Part shown: positions 11,940 to 25,704 of the stretch, piece by piece
Layout: each line of letters starts with the position of its first letter
Position numbering within the stretch: the stretch's first letter is position 1
Source of the DNA: Anthoceros angustus
Lineage: Eukaryota; Plantae; Anthocerotophyta
Length of the DNA stretch: 64,000 nucleotides
NCBI GenBank assembly: GCA_010909165.1
Contig: MU008219.1
Location: 62,001 to 126,000, forward strand
Direction of reading: 5' to 3'
The notes under the pieces: model-generated
Seen by the model: only the letters and a program-made list of their open reading frames with translations
Databases searched by the model: none
What the model was told of the DNA's origin: nothing
Program-made: the position numbers and the translations under genes

Positions 11940-13910
11940 CCGTTCCTGTTATTAGGCCAAGAGCTGTGTGGTCACCTCATCGCATTAGGAGACCTAGTTG
12001 TGCACTGCTGTTGTTCTTGTTCATAGTCTTGGAAGAAATTGACCTCATGCTTTGATGGTAGGTGCAAACGTGGTCCACAGACCCGAATCAGTGTGGCAGA
12101 GGAACATGACACATGGGACGTAAAGTTGCAGAGTTTCAGGTAAAACAATCACATCCTTCTGCATAGTTCGTTTCAGTACGAATGTACTAAACTTGGTTTT
12201 GACGGACTTAGCAACTTTGCAATGATGAATGAAGGATTTTCCTCCTGGAGGAGCTAGTACAAGCCTTTCGCGTGAAAGCTCTACAATCATTTTTTCATGC
12301 TGTTAAATGACACCTTCAGAAATCTAGCGAAGCTCAGGCTTTGGGGCAGACATTTTGGTGGAAGGTGTGCTCAAGACCTAACGTTTCATTACCATTTTGG
12401 TGGGGCTACTTTTGCGGGCACTTGTGGTGTGTCAAGTATCTTTTGACGCAGATAAGTACTCTCTAATTTTGTACTGCATGTGTGTCCTCTTCCAGGGACC
12501 TTGTGCATTTCTACCTGGGCTCATCTTGGAGTGGCTATTCAACTACAGGAGAATCATGTCAATCAGGATACCGGATTAATGAGGATTATAGGGTATGGAG
12601 GCAGCCCAAAACATTGCATGGTCATGTTGCAAGCTGTCACGATGTTGACGTGTTGGTGTCTAAATTTTGATCTTAGACGTATCTAGTCTTGGAATTAGAC
12701 CGTTCTTGTTATAAGGCCAAGGGCTATGTGATCACCTCGTCTCTTTAGGAGACCTAGTTGTGCATTGCTGTTGTTCTTGTTCACAGTCTTGCAAGAAACG
12801 GACCTGATGTTTTGCTCCAGGTGCAAATCTCTAGTCGACAAACCCGAATCAGTGTGGTAGAGGAAGCTAAGGTGACGTATAGCTGTAGAGTTTCAAGTAA
12901 AACAATCAAGCCCTTCTACATAGTTTGTTGTTTCAGTACGAATACACTAACTTGGTTTTGACTGACTTTGCAACTTTGCAATGACGAACAGGGATTTTGC
13001 TTCTAGTGGAGCTAGTACAACCCTTTAGTGTGAAAGTTCTACGATAATTTTCTGAGCTGTTAAACAACGGCTTGAGGAATCTAGCTAAGGCTTTGGGACA
13101 AACATTTTGGTTGAAGGTGTGCTCAAGTCTCAACGTTTCTTTACCATTTTGGTGGGGCTATTTTGTCAAGTATCTTTGACGCAGAGTACTCTAATTTTGT
13201 ACTGCATGTGTGTCCTCTTCCAGGGACCTTGTGCATTTCTACCTGGGCTCATCTTGGAGTGGCTATTCAACTACAGGAGAATCATGTCAATCAGGATACC
13301 GGATTAATGAGGATTATAGGGTATGGAGGCAGCCCAAAACATTGCATGGTCATGTTGCAAGCTGTCACGATGTTGACGTGTTGGTGTCTAAATTTTGATC
13401 TTAGACGTATCTAGTCTTGGAATTAGACCGTTCTTGTTATAAGGCCAAGGGCTATGTGATCACCTCGTCTCTTTAGGAGACCTAGTTGTGCATTGCTGTT
13501 GTTCTTGTTCACAGTCTTGCAAGAAACGGACCTGATGTTTTGCTCCAGGTGCAAATCTCTAGTCGACAAACCCGAATCAGTGTGGTAGAGGAAGCTAAGG
13601 TGACGTATAGCTGTAGAGTTTCAAGTAAAACAATCAAGCCCTTCTACATAGTTTGTTGTTTCAGTACGAATACACTAACTTGGTTTTGACTGACTTTGCA
13701 ACTTTGCAATGACGAACAGGGATTTTGCTTCTAGTGGAGCTAGTACAACCCTTTAGTGTGAAAGTTCTACGATAATTTTCTGAGCTGTTAAACAACGGCT
13801 TGAGGAATCTAGCGAAGCTAAGGCTTTGGGACAAACATTTTGGTTGAAGGTGTGCTCAAGTCTCAACGTTTCTTTACCATTTTGGTGGGGCTGCTATTTT
13901 GTCAAGTATC
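11940..13910. repeat. ~730-760 bp tandem repeat, ~2.7 copies
   Basis: Units start near 11940, 12700 and 13428. The last two are nearly identical (728-bp offset); the first is clearly diverged. Confidence 0.92.
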
Positions 13911-14329
13911 TGTTATTGTATAAGCTAATCCCGCTTTGGGTCTATTGAGTTTTCTATTTTCATCTTATATTCCTCTTCACAGGCATCAACATGCATATTG
14001 CCTAAAAATTGGGATTTAAATGCAATGGATATAATATAATTATATAATAAAATTCATAAATATATGATCTTAATCATAATTTATAGATACTTTTTTAATT
14101 AATCTAAGAATCTCATTTTTCAATATAATCATATATTAAATAAATACTCATGTATTGCATGATATACATGTATAATTTGATCCTCATATATTATACCATA
14201 TAGTATACCTTATGTCAGTACCCGTATGTGTGAAAAAGAGACGTATACTATATTTGTAGAATATGTATATATATTAATGTATAAAAAACATTATAAATAA
14301 TTGAGACATGAATTTTCGAAGTTGTAATC

Positions 14330-15125
14330 ATAGATTGTGTTGTAAAGCTAGCGATTTGCAAATTATGAAGGTTGTAAACGAGGTTATAAACGAGGTTGTA
14401 AACGACGTTATAAACGGGGTTGTAAACGACGTTGTCATTGAGGTTGTACATCAAGTTGTAAAGTACAGTCCACCCCCCCTAATTGGGACTGGTTCGGAGT
14501 GCCTTTAGAGGTCCCATTAAGGGAGGTGTCCCGATTATATTTTCCCTATTTAAAAATAATAAAATATTTTAAATTATAAAAAATCAAAAAATACCCAAAA
14601 AATTAAAATTAAAATTTTGATTGATAGGTTTCACTAAAAATAACTTTTACCACTTCTCTATATAGTTGTTTGACAGCTAGCGCTCTCTAAGCAACATCAA
14701 AAACCTCTACCTATCATAAAGGAAAAAGCTTAGCTTAAGAGTCTTCAATCACACCTAAAAGTCTATTGTGCTTTGAAATAATCGATTCTTTTTCTTTCTT
14801 TTTATTTTTTAGTAAAAATTAGAAATCCCATTTAGGAGGTGAAACTAACATGAATGTACGTTTCAAAATGTCCCAATTATCATTTAGGGAAAAGTCCCAT
14901 TTATTACATTGTAAACTAAAGGGAGTAGGATGGGAGGTCCCATTTAGAGAGGAATCCCATTTATAGAGTTCCCAATTAGGGGGGGCCGACTGTAGGTTGT
15001 AAACATGGTTGTAATATACATTGTAAATAAGGTTGTACTCTACTTTGTAAAGTAAGGGTGTATGACTGTTGTAAATGAGGTTGTAAGGTATATTGTAAAA
15101 CACGTTGTAAATAGACCCACTTTTA
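14330..15125. repeat. gttgtaaa-type ~12-bp motif array, probable CACTA subterminal region lacking its TIR
   Basis: Repeated gttgtaaac/gttataaac units; reverse complement of the ttacaac motifs that follow the CACTA termini at 41054 and 56865. Confidence 0.6.
14466..14992. mobile_element. Tc1/mariner(pogo)-type MITE with ~24-bp TIRs and TA target duplication
   Basis: TA|CAGTCCACCCCCCCTAATTGGGAC ... GTTCCCAATTAGGGGGGGCCGACTG|TA; non-coding AT-rich interior; interrupts the gttgtaaa array. Confidence 0.88.
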
Positions 15126-16069
15126 TAATCTAGTTAAGCTGTCAGACTACAACCTTCCTCCACCTAATTTTTATCTTTGATGCGTGGCGAGCAGCGGAAG
15201 GAATTATTTCAAATATTGCCAACATGCTTGCTGAAGGCCCGTGAGCTGGCTAAGAGCCACATTTGGTTACCATCGCTTTAATGCAGATTTACACATGAAG
15301 GCAACACAGTGGTGTGATTGTAATTGACAAGAATTGGAAGCTTAGCCAGAAGCTGTGAGGCAGATTTGGGGCATAGTCCAGCTTTGGAACAAGTTTCTTG
15401 ACAAGACTGGATAAGTGCGAGCATGGAGATGACAATGTGTGGATCGGCTGTGGCTTCTTTCAGTCCTCCATAGTCGGATGAGCAAAGAAGCAGGCTCAGA
15501 CGACGGAATTAGCAGCTGCAGGTCTACATTGATTCTGTCGAATTCTCTCTTCTTTTGCTAGTTGAAAAAAGTACCTCATTTGAAAGGGCTTTGAAATGCA
15601 AATCTCTGGGTGTCTTTTTCGTTATAATTAGACCTTGGATGCCTAAGAAAACTTTTAAAAAACAATTCTATGATCAAGGTTGTAGGAGTTTGTGTTCTAT
15701 TTGCTTGTTCGTGTTTCATGTTTCATTTACATTCATAGTACTTTCAAATTTCAATTTGGATTATCATTTTTTAGAATTATATTTTCCCTTTGAGCTCTGG
15801 GGTTTGATAAAATGCGTTTGGAGGATGGCTATAAATTCGTAGAGTGCTCTGTTACACTGATGCAATACAGACCAGAACCATTTTATGTGAATAAAACAAC
15901 ACTGTTTTTGTTATCATAGACAACACTGTTTTTGTTATTATAGGTACTTTCAAAAAAAGTTTTTTTTAGAGAAACGCGGCTGGATTGTGATCTCCCTAAA
16001 TGGTACCGAAAAGCTTCCAGGAATCCGCCCGTTGGGCTGCGCCCTGTTTAAAGCCTCGGAAACTCCACG

Positions 16070-16690
16070 GGCTGGGATACCCACACTTGCACATGCCTGG
16101 AGGACGCAGGAATTGCCGTGTTACGAAACTCTGGTACAGCGATGCCCTCCTCCTGCATTACACTGATAAGACAAAGGGCTTCCGGGCCCATGCTTTATAC
16201 CCTGCTATTACAATCAGCGTATATTCGGCAAAGTCCATGAAACACTCTTCGAGCAGCTTCCAAGCTGCCATAATTTGCATACATGTCTACTAAACTGTTG
16301 GCTTTAAACAGATCAGCTTGATGTGCTCGTTCAATAATTAGTGCACGAACCTGCTTCCCCGTCTCCAATGCCAGGGTGCCCACACTTGCACATGCCTGCA
16401 TGAGGCTCAAGACAGTAACGGAACCGGGTGCAGCGATGCCTTCTGCTTGCACAGCACCGTAGACACCGATGGCTTCCTGCCGCATGCCATGTTGGAAGTA
16501 CCGTGCTGTTAAAGAAATCAGATCATCCTCCTCACCAAGTCCGTAAGGACTTTCTATGCATCTTGCAAGCGGCCACACTTTGCACACATCTTGACCAAAC
16601 TGCTGGCTAGAAAGCAGTCAGCTATATGTCCTCGGTCCTGACTTCGTCTATGAAGTGCCTGCCTGTTTCCAAAGCTCGGGCGACAACCTG
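16070..16690 (-). pseudogene. PLS-class PPR gene fragment, head-to-head with topA
   Basis: FLASSLVKMCAKCG, YFQHGMRQEAIGVYGAVQAEG..VTVLSLMQACASVG..GKQV..NSLVDMYANYGSLEAARRVF; frameshifted. Confidence 0.8.
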
Positions 16691-17101
16691 CACAATCCTG
16701 TAGGATGGGCCAACAGATATCACAATATGTCGTCACGCGAACGAAATATGATTGAAGGTTAAAATACTTCGGCTCAGCATGTAACCTAAAGGTCTGGACT
16801 ATCGGCGTAGACTTATGGAATAGAGACTGACGAAGCAATGCCTGGCTCAGCTTGTCGCTAGATATGGATCTGCTACGAAGTCAGCAACCAGGTGTGGCAT
16901 GTGTGTGATCGTTTGTATTTTTCAGACTTCCTTTGCGAACTTGTGTGACTTTTGTGTTTCTGCGCCTGGAGGGGCTGAAGGTCCAAATTGCAGCTACTCC
17001 AGGGACGAGGACTTCCGCGTTCATCTCTCGTGTAACAAGCTCGTGGGAGCGTTTGAGCCCCAATCCCTGTAAACCACGGGGATAGTGCGTGTCGGTCAGC
17101 T

Positions 17102-20100
17102 ATGGGCATGCTGGGGAGTTGGCTTCAAAATCTGGGTCAGTGCGGCCACATGAAGATTTCCAGGTGGTGTGGGACTCTTCCTCTTCCCAGCAACATCTCG
17201 ACGGTATCAAATCACGTCTTGCAATGTGAAACCTATCACGCATATTGGAATGGGAATCATCAAAGAGCTCTGCAGAGGATGGCCCACACTGTTGCTGGAG
17301 ATGTACATGGCATTGTTAAGGCCCAATGGAGGAGGAATCGTGAAAAATTTGTCAAAAGCCTGGCACAGACTGTTGCTGCTGCAGATGGATCTGCTCGAAA
17401 ACCCAAAAGTGAGAAGATCGTAGAAAAGCAAGCAGTTGTGATAGTGGAGTCACCTGCCAAGGCAAAGACAATTGAAAAGTATCTCGGTGATGGGTTTGTA
17501 GTACTGGCCAGCTATGGGCATGTTAGGGACTTGGCTTCTAAATCTGGGTCAGTGAGGCCATTACAAGATTTTCAAATGGTGTGGGAAGTCCCTCCCTCTG
17601 CCCAGCAACATCTCGACAGTATCAAGTCAGCTCTTGCAATGTGAGTCCTCTTGCTCTTCAACTGCGTTTGTTCTCCTGCTTTCTGTAGTCTGACTAAATA
17701 AGGATGCAATGTTCTATCAGTCTTGCTGTGCGTAGATCATCGTTCTAATACCCACCGCTGTCCCTGACTAGTGCTTTTCTGCTGGAACTGCAGGGCAAAC
17801 ACTCTTGTTCTTGCATCTGATCCTGACAGAGAGGGTGAGGCCATAGCGTGGCATGTGCTAGAGATGCTGAAGATGGACGGAGCACTGAAAAGTGACCAGG
17901 TAGTTAAGAGGGTTGTCTTTCATGAGATAACAAAAACAGCAGTTGTTCGGGCCATGGAGTCACCGCGAGAGATCAGTGATAGTCTTGTAAATGCTTATCT
18001 TGCCAGGAGAGCTCTAGACTACCTCATTGGGTTCGATCTCTCACCGGTTCTGTGGAGGAAGCTTCCTGGAAGTAGGTCTGCTGGCCGTGTGCAGTCTGTT
18101 GCTCTTCGGATGATTTGCGAACGCGAGACGGAAATTGAGTCCTTCAACTCCCAGGAGTATTGGACAGTAGAGGCACAGGTTTTCTCTTCAAGAATGCCCA
18201 TGGAGCAACATAATGCTGGATACCGAGCCCGGCTTACTCATTACATGGGTGCAAAGCTTGGGCAGTTTACTTTAATAGCAGAGACAGCAGCAGCTGCAGC
18301 TAAAACGGTAGCTGAGTCTAAGCTGTCAGTAGCAGCTGTCAAAACCAGCATGTCAAAACGAAATCCTCCTGCTCCATACATCACTTCTACGCTGCAGCAG
18401 GATGCTTCTAACAAATTGTCATTCAGTGCAACACGAACCATGGCTGTGAGTCCAACAGCAACAGATTAGGCTGCATCTTTCTTTCCTTATCCTGTGTGGT
18501 CTGCTGGTCACAATCACCTTTCTTTTGGTTCTGGTGCAGGTGCTGATGAAGGCCCCCATTTATATATTTCATTTCCATTTCCATGTGTAAAGTGCATCTA
18601 CAAAAGTGGCTCTGACTGTTTTTGCATTTGCTTCTTGGCTTGGTGCACAGGTAGCCCAGCAGCTTTATGAGGGAGTGAATTTGGGGCATGACGAGCTCAC
18701 GGGTCTCATCACATACATGCGCACAGACAGTGTCCAGGTTTACTGACCACTCGGTACACGGGGAATAAGTAGGATAGGGGTGGTGGTTGAGATGGGTTGG
18801 TTAGCTGGACTGTAATCTGTCGTTTCCGACATGAGGTACTGTAGGGTCTTTCAGAGCTGTTGCTTGTGTGTCTTTAGATATTCAGACTGCCTATATTTGT
18901 TTGATCTGAATGATTGGCAGGGAAGGGAACATGCATGCAGTCCAAGGCGTCTCGATCACACCATTGTTGACTGTGCAGGTGTCTGACGAAGCGGTCCAGA
19001 GCATTCGTTCATTGATAACGAAAAGGTGATGAAGCCTGTCTCTTTGTTTTATGGCACTGTAAAACGTCTTCTTGGCAGCTTTGTTATACAAGCTGTCCTT
19101 TTGTGTTTAGACACAAAGAACAGGTTTCTTATCTGCCTCATCAGTGGGTGACACACATTTTTGTCTGATGAGGTGTTGTCTTTTGCTTGACGTGCTGTGG
19201 TGCCCCTGTTGACGGGGTAATGATCCCATACTCCTGCATTGACTTTTTACGTTGATGTAATCAGGTATGGAAGCAACTATGTTCCGGATAAGCCTCCCGT
19301 GCACCAATCGAAAGCCAAAAATGCTCAGGAGGCTCATGAAGCAATTCGACCAACAGATATTTTTCGATTGCCTTGTATGTCATGACCTACATGGATTCAT
19401 GGTTACAAGAGGAAATATTGTCTGCTAGCCCTCGAGAATGTTTCATGTATCATTAAGTCTTCCATGCTTCGGATGCAGCTTCACTGGTACATGCACTGGA
19501 TGAGGATGCACTGCGCCTGTATTCTCTTATTTGGTGTAGAGCAGTGACATGTCAAATGAAGCCGGCAGTCTTTGATCAGGTGCATTGCATGGTCTAGAAG
19601 GTTTGCTAGCATTTGTACCACGAGATAGATTGTAGGATGCGAGCTATTGACTTAATGTGTACATTTTTTGACACACATTGTGCTCTTTGCAACTCAGGTG
19701 GCGGTACAAATTGTCGATGATAATAACTCTGTGGAGCTATGCTGTAATGGCTCAGTTCCATCCTTCCTTGGCTTTCGTCTGGTCTACAATGTACTGTACC
19801 TTCATGGTTATTGTTATCGTCTTCACGTGCTTGCCTGAAGAGTTATTCATCTCTGTTATGCATGGCAGTTATCTATATCTGCTTTGCACACTTTGTGTAT
19901 TGCAGGACAAAGATGCTCTGGCAGCAATAAAAGACTGGACTTGTCTTCAGGATGACGAGGGTGAAGGGGAGACCTTGTTGCCACCATTTCAGGTTCATGA
20001 AAGTTACTTCACGCAAGTGACTCTTGTTAAATGCAATACTCACGTTGTGAATGGAATGGGTGTGGTTGTCACAAGGCAGGGGATGAAGTTACACCAGCAG

Positions 20101-23100
20101 GAGTTGAGCCAATTAAGCATCACACTGAACCACCGCCTCGTTACTCTGAAGCTAGCTTGGTATGTTCTGCAGTTAGATTTCCAGGAGCAGGATAAATCAA
20201 CAGGGATTTGCAGTAGGTGCACCGCTCACTAGCTCTGCTTTACTTCCTAATTCCTTCCATTGACCAGGTTAGAAAGATGGAGGAATTGGGCATTGGTCGG
20301 CCATCTACGTATGCAAGCACTCTGAAGACCTTGCAGGTGTCTTTCTTGTCTGCACTTGGAGTATAAGCAGTAGAAATCTAGTACTTCCTCCAATTCATTA
20401 AAGGACATCCTCCCTGACCAGCCAATTGGATGCAGGCACGGACATATGTTAGAATAGTGAAACGGAGAATCTTCCCTGAAATACGTGGCCAATTGGTGAG
20501 TTCATTATCAAACATGGCAGAGATGATACAAAAGTTCTGCTCCATGTTGGAGGTTTCTGATGGTTGATTTTCCTTTGCAGGTATCATACTACCTTGGCAA
20601 GTACTTCGAACGATATGTAGACTACTTTTTTACTGCAAAGATGGAGTCTGAGGTGTGTATCCAACTTGGACATTTGTGTATTGCGTCTTAATTCAGAGCT
20701 ATAATTCATGCATCTTTGCAGCAAGGCCTAACTAAGTAGCAAGTGGGATGTACAAAGCTGCTGCTGCAATCCTGACTCTCGGCCAGCCATGTAAAGCTGT
20801 AGGATATGAGGGAACATTCAGTGCTGTTACTTAGGAACCCTTTTTTGTTTTCAGCTGGATGAAATTTCTGCTGGTCGAGGGGAGTGGAAGTCCTTTTTGG
20901 GGACATTCTGGCCTCCATTTCATTCGGCTGTAACCGAGGCTATGAAGGTCCCAATAGAGCAGGTTTGCTGGCTCACGAATCGTTCAAGCTTCTTTTGTGG
21001 AACATGGTGTAAATCTCAGAGACAAACACTGTAACGATGTGGGTGCACTGTGTCGATTTCTCTGTCAACTTGGAGAGTTGAAGCTCATGGAAAAACACCT
21101 GCAGGTGGGGGAAATGCTCGAAAAAGAATTTTTGCAGCTTTGTCCTGGCCAGGCTGTGTGCCCAAGGTTAGGCGTTTGAACCATGACTTCCTGGGTGGTG
21201 AAGATCAGAACAGGGATATATGTAGGAAAGAGTTGAGATTGTATTGTGTTGCGAGGGGCTGATTCTTTTCAGGGAATGGCACTTTCTGCTTTCATCATAC
21301 GCGGATGCTTTGTTGTATCTGCTGCTACTGAGTTGTTGATCAATCTGATCTGAATTCTCGACGATAACATAGCCAAGGGGATGTCTTGACAGGTGCAAAA
21401 AAGGCAAAATGTCAATGAAGTTGAGCCGTTTTGGCCAAGGATATTTTATGGGCTGTTCAGAATATCCTAGTTGCTCGTGAGTGTAAATTGTTGCTCAGTC
21501 TTTCATGAGGCGAAGTTGCCTCACCAGATTTTGAGCAATGCACCCTGTTTTGTAGTTCCATTTCGCAGTGCAATTCGCTACGATAATTTGGTATGAATAG
21601 CTTGTCCTCTAAAATTTTTCAGGTACAAGGCACACATGCTCAAATGTGATGATGACTCTAGTGATGATGAAGAATCATCGCTGCAGATATCTGGAGGTTT
21701 GAGTCTTGGAACAGACCCTGACTCGGGTCTTGAGGTCAGTACCACGCAAGGTGTTTTTACCCACGAGTCTTTGCTACGACGGCTGTAGATCGATTGAGTT
21801 GTGGCACATGAGTGGAATTCGTTGTAATCCAAGGTTGTGGTATGTAAGAGCAGGTCATTTTGAAAGCTGGACCATTTGGAAGGTATATTCAGCTAGGCGC
21901 AGGCTCAAAGAACGCAAAACCCAAACGGCGCACGGTTCCTCAGGTTACGTGTACTTGACACCTGTCGTCTTGTCTGGTGTTTTGTGGTATCAGAATGTCA
22001 CTTTGTTTTGCACTAGTGTTGCTGCGCGGGAGACCTTCTTGTAGGCATGATCACAGCTTGCTCTATGGACGAGAAATGTGGAGCTGATATCTTACGTTGT
22101 TTTCTCCTTCAGAAATGGGCAACAGTGACACTAGAGACCGCATTGAAGTTGCTGAGTTATCCGATCGAGCTGGTAAATTCCGCTTGGGTTTGAGCCAGTT
22201 GATGTTGTCTATGAACTTCGACAGACATCATTGAACGATAGTAGCGAATGAAATACAGGGAAAACATCCAGAAGATGGTGGATTAATCACGATAAATGTA
22301 ACCCAGCAAGGGGAGCCCATAGTCCGGTACAAGTCCTATATTGGTACAATCCCGGAGGTAAGAGCTCATGAAAGTACCCATTTCTGCAGTCTTGTCTTCC
22401 GTTTGCTGTTGGATCTGGGCATGAAAGATGATCCACTGCGTTGCAGAACGTACCTGAGAGCGAAGTAACCTTGCCCAAGGCTCTGGAGTGGATCGAGAAC
22501 AGTCCTGAGAGACCAAGAGCTGGCAGACCTTCGTTGCAGGCCCAACGAGCCATGGTCCAACACAACACCAGTAGAAGGGACCTAAGCAGGGACGCAACAA
22601 GGAAAAATGCTCGAGCAGCAAAAGTAGCCGTGAAGGACACAGTTCCCGCAGTCAAAAAGGTAGCTGTGAAGAAGGAACAGCCAAAGCGGACGAAAAGTGA
22701 AGCCTCGAAGGGTAAGCTGTGTCTGCCACTCCCTGACCTATGCACTCAGAACGGTTCCTTTTGTTCCGGCGTCCAGTTTGTTAACGTCCCGCTGTATGTG
22801 AGCTTTGCAGCAGAAACGATAGACAAGGCAGACTTGGATGGAAAACCAAGTCGTACGGCAAGATCTGAACCGAGCGGATCGAAACCTAAGAAAGGGAAGG
22901 CACTTGAGGCAGACTCAGATGAGAAAGCATCTCGTAAAGCGAAGACAGCTAAACCCAAACTGAGCGAATCAAAGTCTACGGCGAGGAAAAAGGAAGGGGG
23001 AGCTATTCAGCAGCTCCCTAAAAAGCAGACTGCTGTGGCCTCGACAGTGCTCGATGGGAAGGAGCCTGCTCTGGATCAGCCGGCACCGCGCCGTCCTCGA

Positions 23101-23133
23101 GGCAGGCCAAGGCTTGTGAGACTCGCGGCTTAG
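17102..23133 (+). CDS. topA: Bacterial-type (organellar) DNA topoisomerase IA, multi-exon; true start uncertain
   Basis: [45 protein letters not shown]; catalytic LITYMRTD (~18705-18728); [12 protein letters not shown]; GIGRPSTYA; Zn-ribbon CPRC...GCSEYPSC; C-terminal repeat [13 protein letters not shown]; many GT-AG introns (not all phased by hand). Confidence 0.92.
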
Positions 23134-23482
23134 GAGATTCTGGAGCAGTGCTGCATGGCTTCACAACATCCAAAGCAAACACAATTTTGCATACGTAATT
23201 GTTTACTTATTCTTACGAATGTAACAGAACGGAAACAGGTGGACTTGAACGTTGCACTTAAGTTTATTAGAGTCGAGGAGTTCATTAGTCTTGTGCAAAC
23301 TCTGGGAAGCATAGGAATCAAACAGATTACCCATTAACGTATTACAATATTCGGTATCAGCAGAGCTAATTAGCCGGTTAGGGGTTTTAAGGGTTTTGGG
23401 AGGCATATACAGCAACGAAGCACAGACGTAACTTTTCTTTTGGCGAACGTGAGCAGTTCTGCTGGTCAGCCGGCCTCGCGAC

Positions 23483-24359
23483 ATGAGCTTCAGAGTACGC
23501 GATCCTTCCTTCCTGTGTCCCCGCCGGACCGTGTGAGCTCGTTTTTTTCTATGGATTGTGGAGGCCTCAGCTGCATCGGTGCAGGCGCGACCGTGGCGAG
23601 GACTGGAATGATGGTATCGCTGTTCCGTCGTGTGTGCACAGATTCATCAGTACCAGGTGGTAGGGCGCGCACTGCCCTCCCCTACCAATGAGCAGCCGAA
23701 GATCTACCGGATGAAGCTCTGGGCCACGAACGAAGTTCGTGCAAAGTCCAAGTTTTGGTAAGCAGTTTGCGGGAGCTATGCTGTTTGTTTATCTGAGTGG
23801 GAAGTAGAGGGCTCATAGGGATGGTGGATTTCTTTGCCGGTTTCTGGTTAGGTACTTCTTGAGAAAGCTGAAGAAGGTGAAGAAGTCGCATGGACAGATC
23901 CTTGCGATTAACGAGGTAATTAGGGTTTCCTTACCATGCACTGTGGTTGCTTCTGGGTTTGTGCTGAAGGCTTGCTAGGTTTGGTAGCATGAGTTGATCG
24001 TGCTGTTGGATGTGTAGATTTTTGAGAAGAAGCCGACCACGATCAAGAATTTTGGCATCTGGGTTAGGTATCAAAGTCGCACAGGCTACCATAACATGTA
24101 CAAGGAGTACAGGGACACCACCATGAACGGTGCCGTGGAGCAGATGTACGATGAGATGGCTTCTCGGCACAGGGTTCGTTTTCCCTGCATTCAGATCATC
24201 AAGACTGCCACTGTTCCAGTTGCCCTGTGCAAGCGTGAGAACACGAAGCAGTTTCACAATGGAAACATCAAGTTCCCTCTGACCTACCGGAAGATCAGGC
24301 CGCCTACGAGAAAGTTGAAGACTACCTTCAAGGCCTCCAGACCCAACACCTTCGTGTAG
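23483..24359 (+). CDS. RPL18a: 60S ribosomal protein L18a (eL20), 177 aa; exons 23483-23494, 23642-23757, 23852-23915, 24018-24359
   Basis: Spliced product [16 protein letters not shown]...[28 protein letters not shown]...[12 protein letters not shown]...; all introns GT-AG and in phase. Confidence 0.96.
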
Positions 24360-24593
24360 AGCCTGCTTTCGGATGGAGTCTGCTCTGGCTTCCTCCCTGT
24401 TTTGAGGTAGATAGGTAATGAAGCGGAATTACTCGGGACGGCTTTGTCTAAACTGCGATTCTCATGGGCAATTGTTTGACTTCTGTTTAGGGGTCACTAG
24501 TTGCTATAGTTTTGTCACTGTACTGTGCCTAGCTATTCTTCGCAGTTTCTGCGAAGTTAACAAAAAATACTCTCAGAGTCACTGTTTTTGTCA

Positions 24594-25530
24594 CCCATGG
24601 AGCAGCTCGACGCTGGTTACCGAGCACGGCTTACTCATTGGATGGATGCAAAGTTTGGGCAGTTTAGTTTAACAGCGGAGACAGCAGTAGCTGCGGCAAA
24701 ATCGGTAGCCGAGGCTGAACTGTCAGTAGCAGCTGCCAAACAGAGCATTTCAAAACGAAATCCTCCCGCTCCATACATCAATTCTACGCTACAGCAGGAT
24801 GTTGTAACGAATTGTCAATCAGGCTGCATCTTTCTTTTCTTATCCTTTGTGGGTTGCTGGTCACAGTCACCTGTCTTTTGTTCTGGTGCAGATGCTGATG
24901 AAGGCCCCCATTTGTATATTTCATTTCGATTTCCATGTGTAAAGTGCATTAACAAAAACAGTGATTCTGAGAGTATTTTTATATTTTCTTCTTGGCTTTG
25001 TGCACAGTTACCCCAGCAGCTTTACGACGGAGTGAATTTGGGGCATGACGAGCTCACGGGTCTCATCACATACACGCTCACAAACAGTGTCCAGGTTTAC
25101 TGACCACTTGGTACACGGGGAATAAGTAGGATAGGGCTGTTGCTTGAGATGGGTTGGCAAGCTGGAGTGTCGTCTTTCGTTTCCGACATGAGGTACTATG
25201 GGGTCTTTCAGAGCTGTCGGTTGTGTGTCTTTGAAATCTTTGCTGTGTGCTCCAGAATCTCCTCATTAATGCTTCTAAATAGTGGCACCACTTACTAACC
25301 AGGTATTCAAAGTGGAAGCGATCGTGACAAGCATTCAAGTGACATCGAAACCTAAGAAGGGGAAGGCACTTGAGGTTGACTCAGATGAAAAACCATCTCG
25401 TAAAGCAAAGACAGCTAAACCCAAACCGAGAGAATCGAAACCTACGGCGAGGAAAAAGGAAGGGGGAACCATTCAGCAGCTCCCTAGAAAGCAGACTGCT
25501 GCGGCCTCGACAGTGCTGGACGGGAGAGAG
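24594..25530 (+). pseudogene. Topoisomerase IA relic 2 (catalytic-region exons joined to the last exon)
   Basis: Copy of ~18198-18870, with ITYMRTD changed to ITYTLTN, followed by a copy of ~22880-23070. Confidence 0.88.
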
Positions 25531-25704
25531 CCGTCTCTGGCAATTCTTGGCTCCTGCACCCTCCTACACCCAACTTTACATACATACTTCCTCATGCCGC
25601 AAGTGAAAATGTGCAGGCAGACCAGACGGGATTCGGGAACTCCATTCAGAACACAAAATTGAGCCTTTAGTGTCACATACCCTATACATAGACCTGCATT
25701 CGGA

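Noticed and set aside
14248-14508. Repetitive ORFs (YNLVYNLV / VVNEVINE) and similar ones at 61629 and 63379
   Set aside because: These are translations of tandem DNA repeats, not genes.
17102-23133. Bacterial contamination or recent transfer of topA
   Set aside because: The gene has many spliceosomal introns and a plant-type N-terminal extension; nuclear-encoded organellar type IA topoisomerases are normal in plants.
23378-23400. Interstitial telomere array
   Set aside because: Only one or two degenerate units; better explained as a telo-box-like promoter element.
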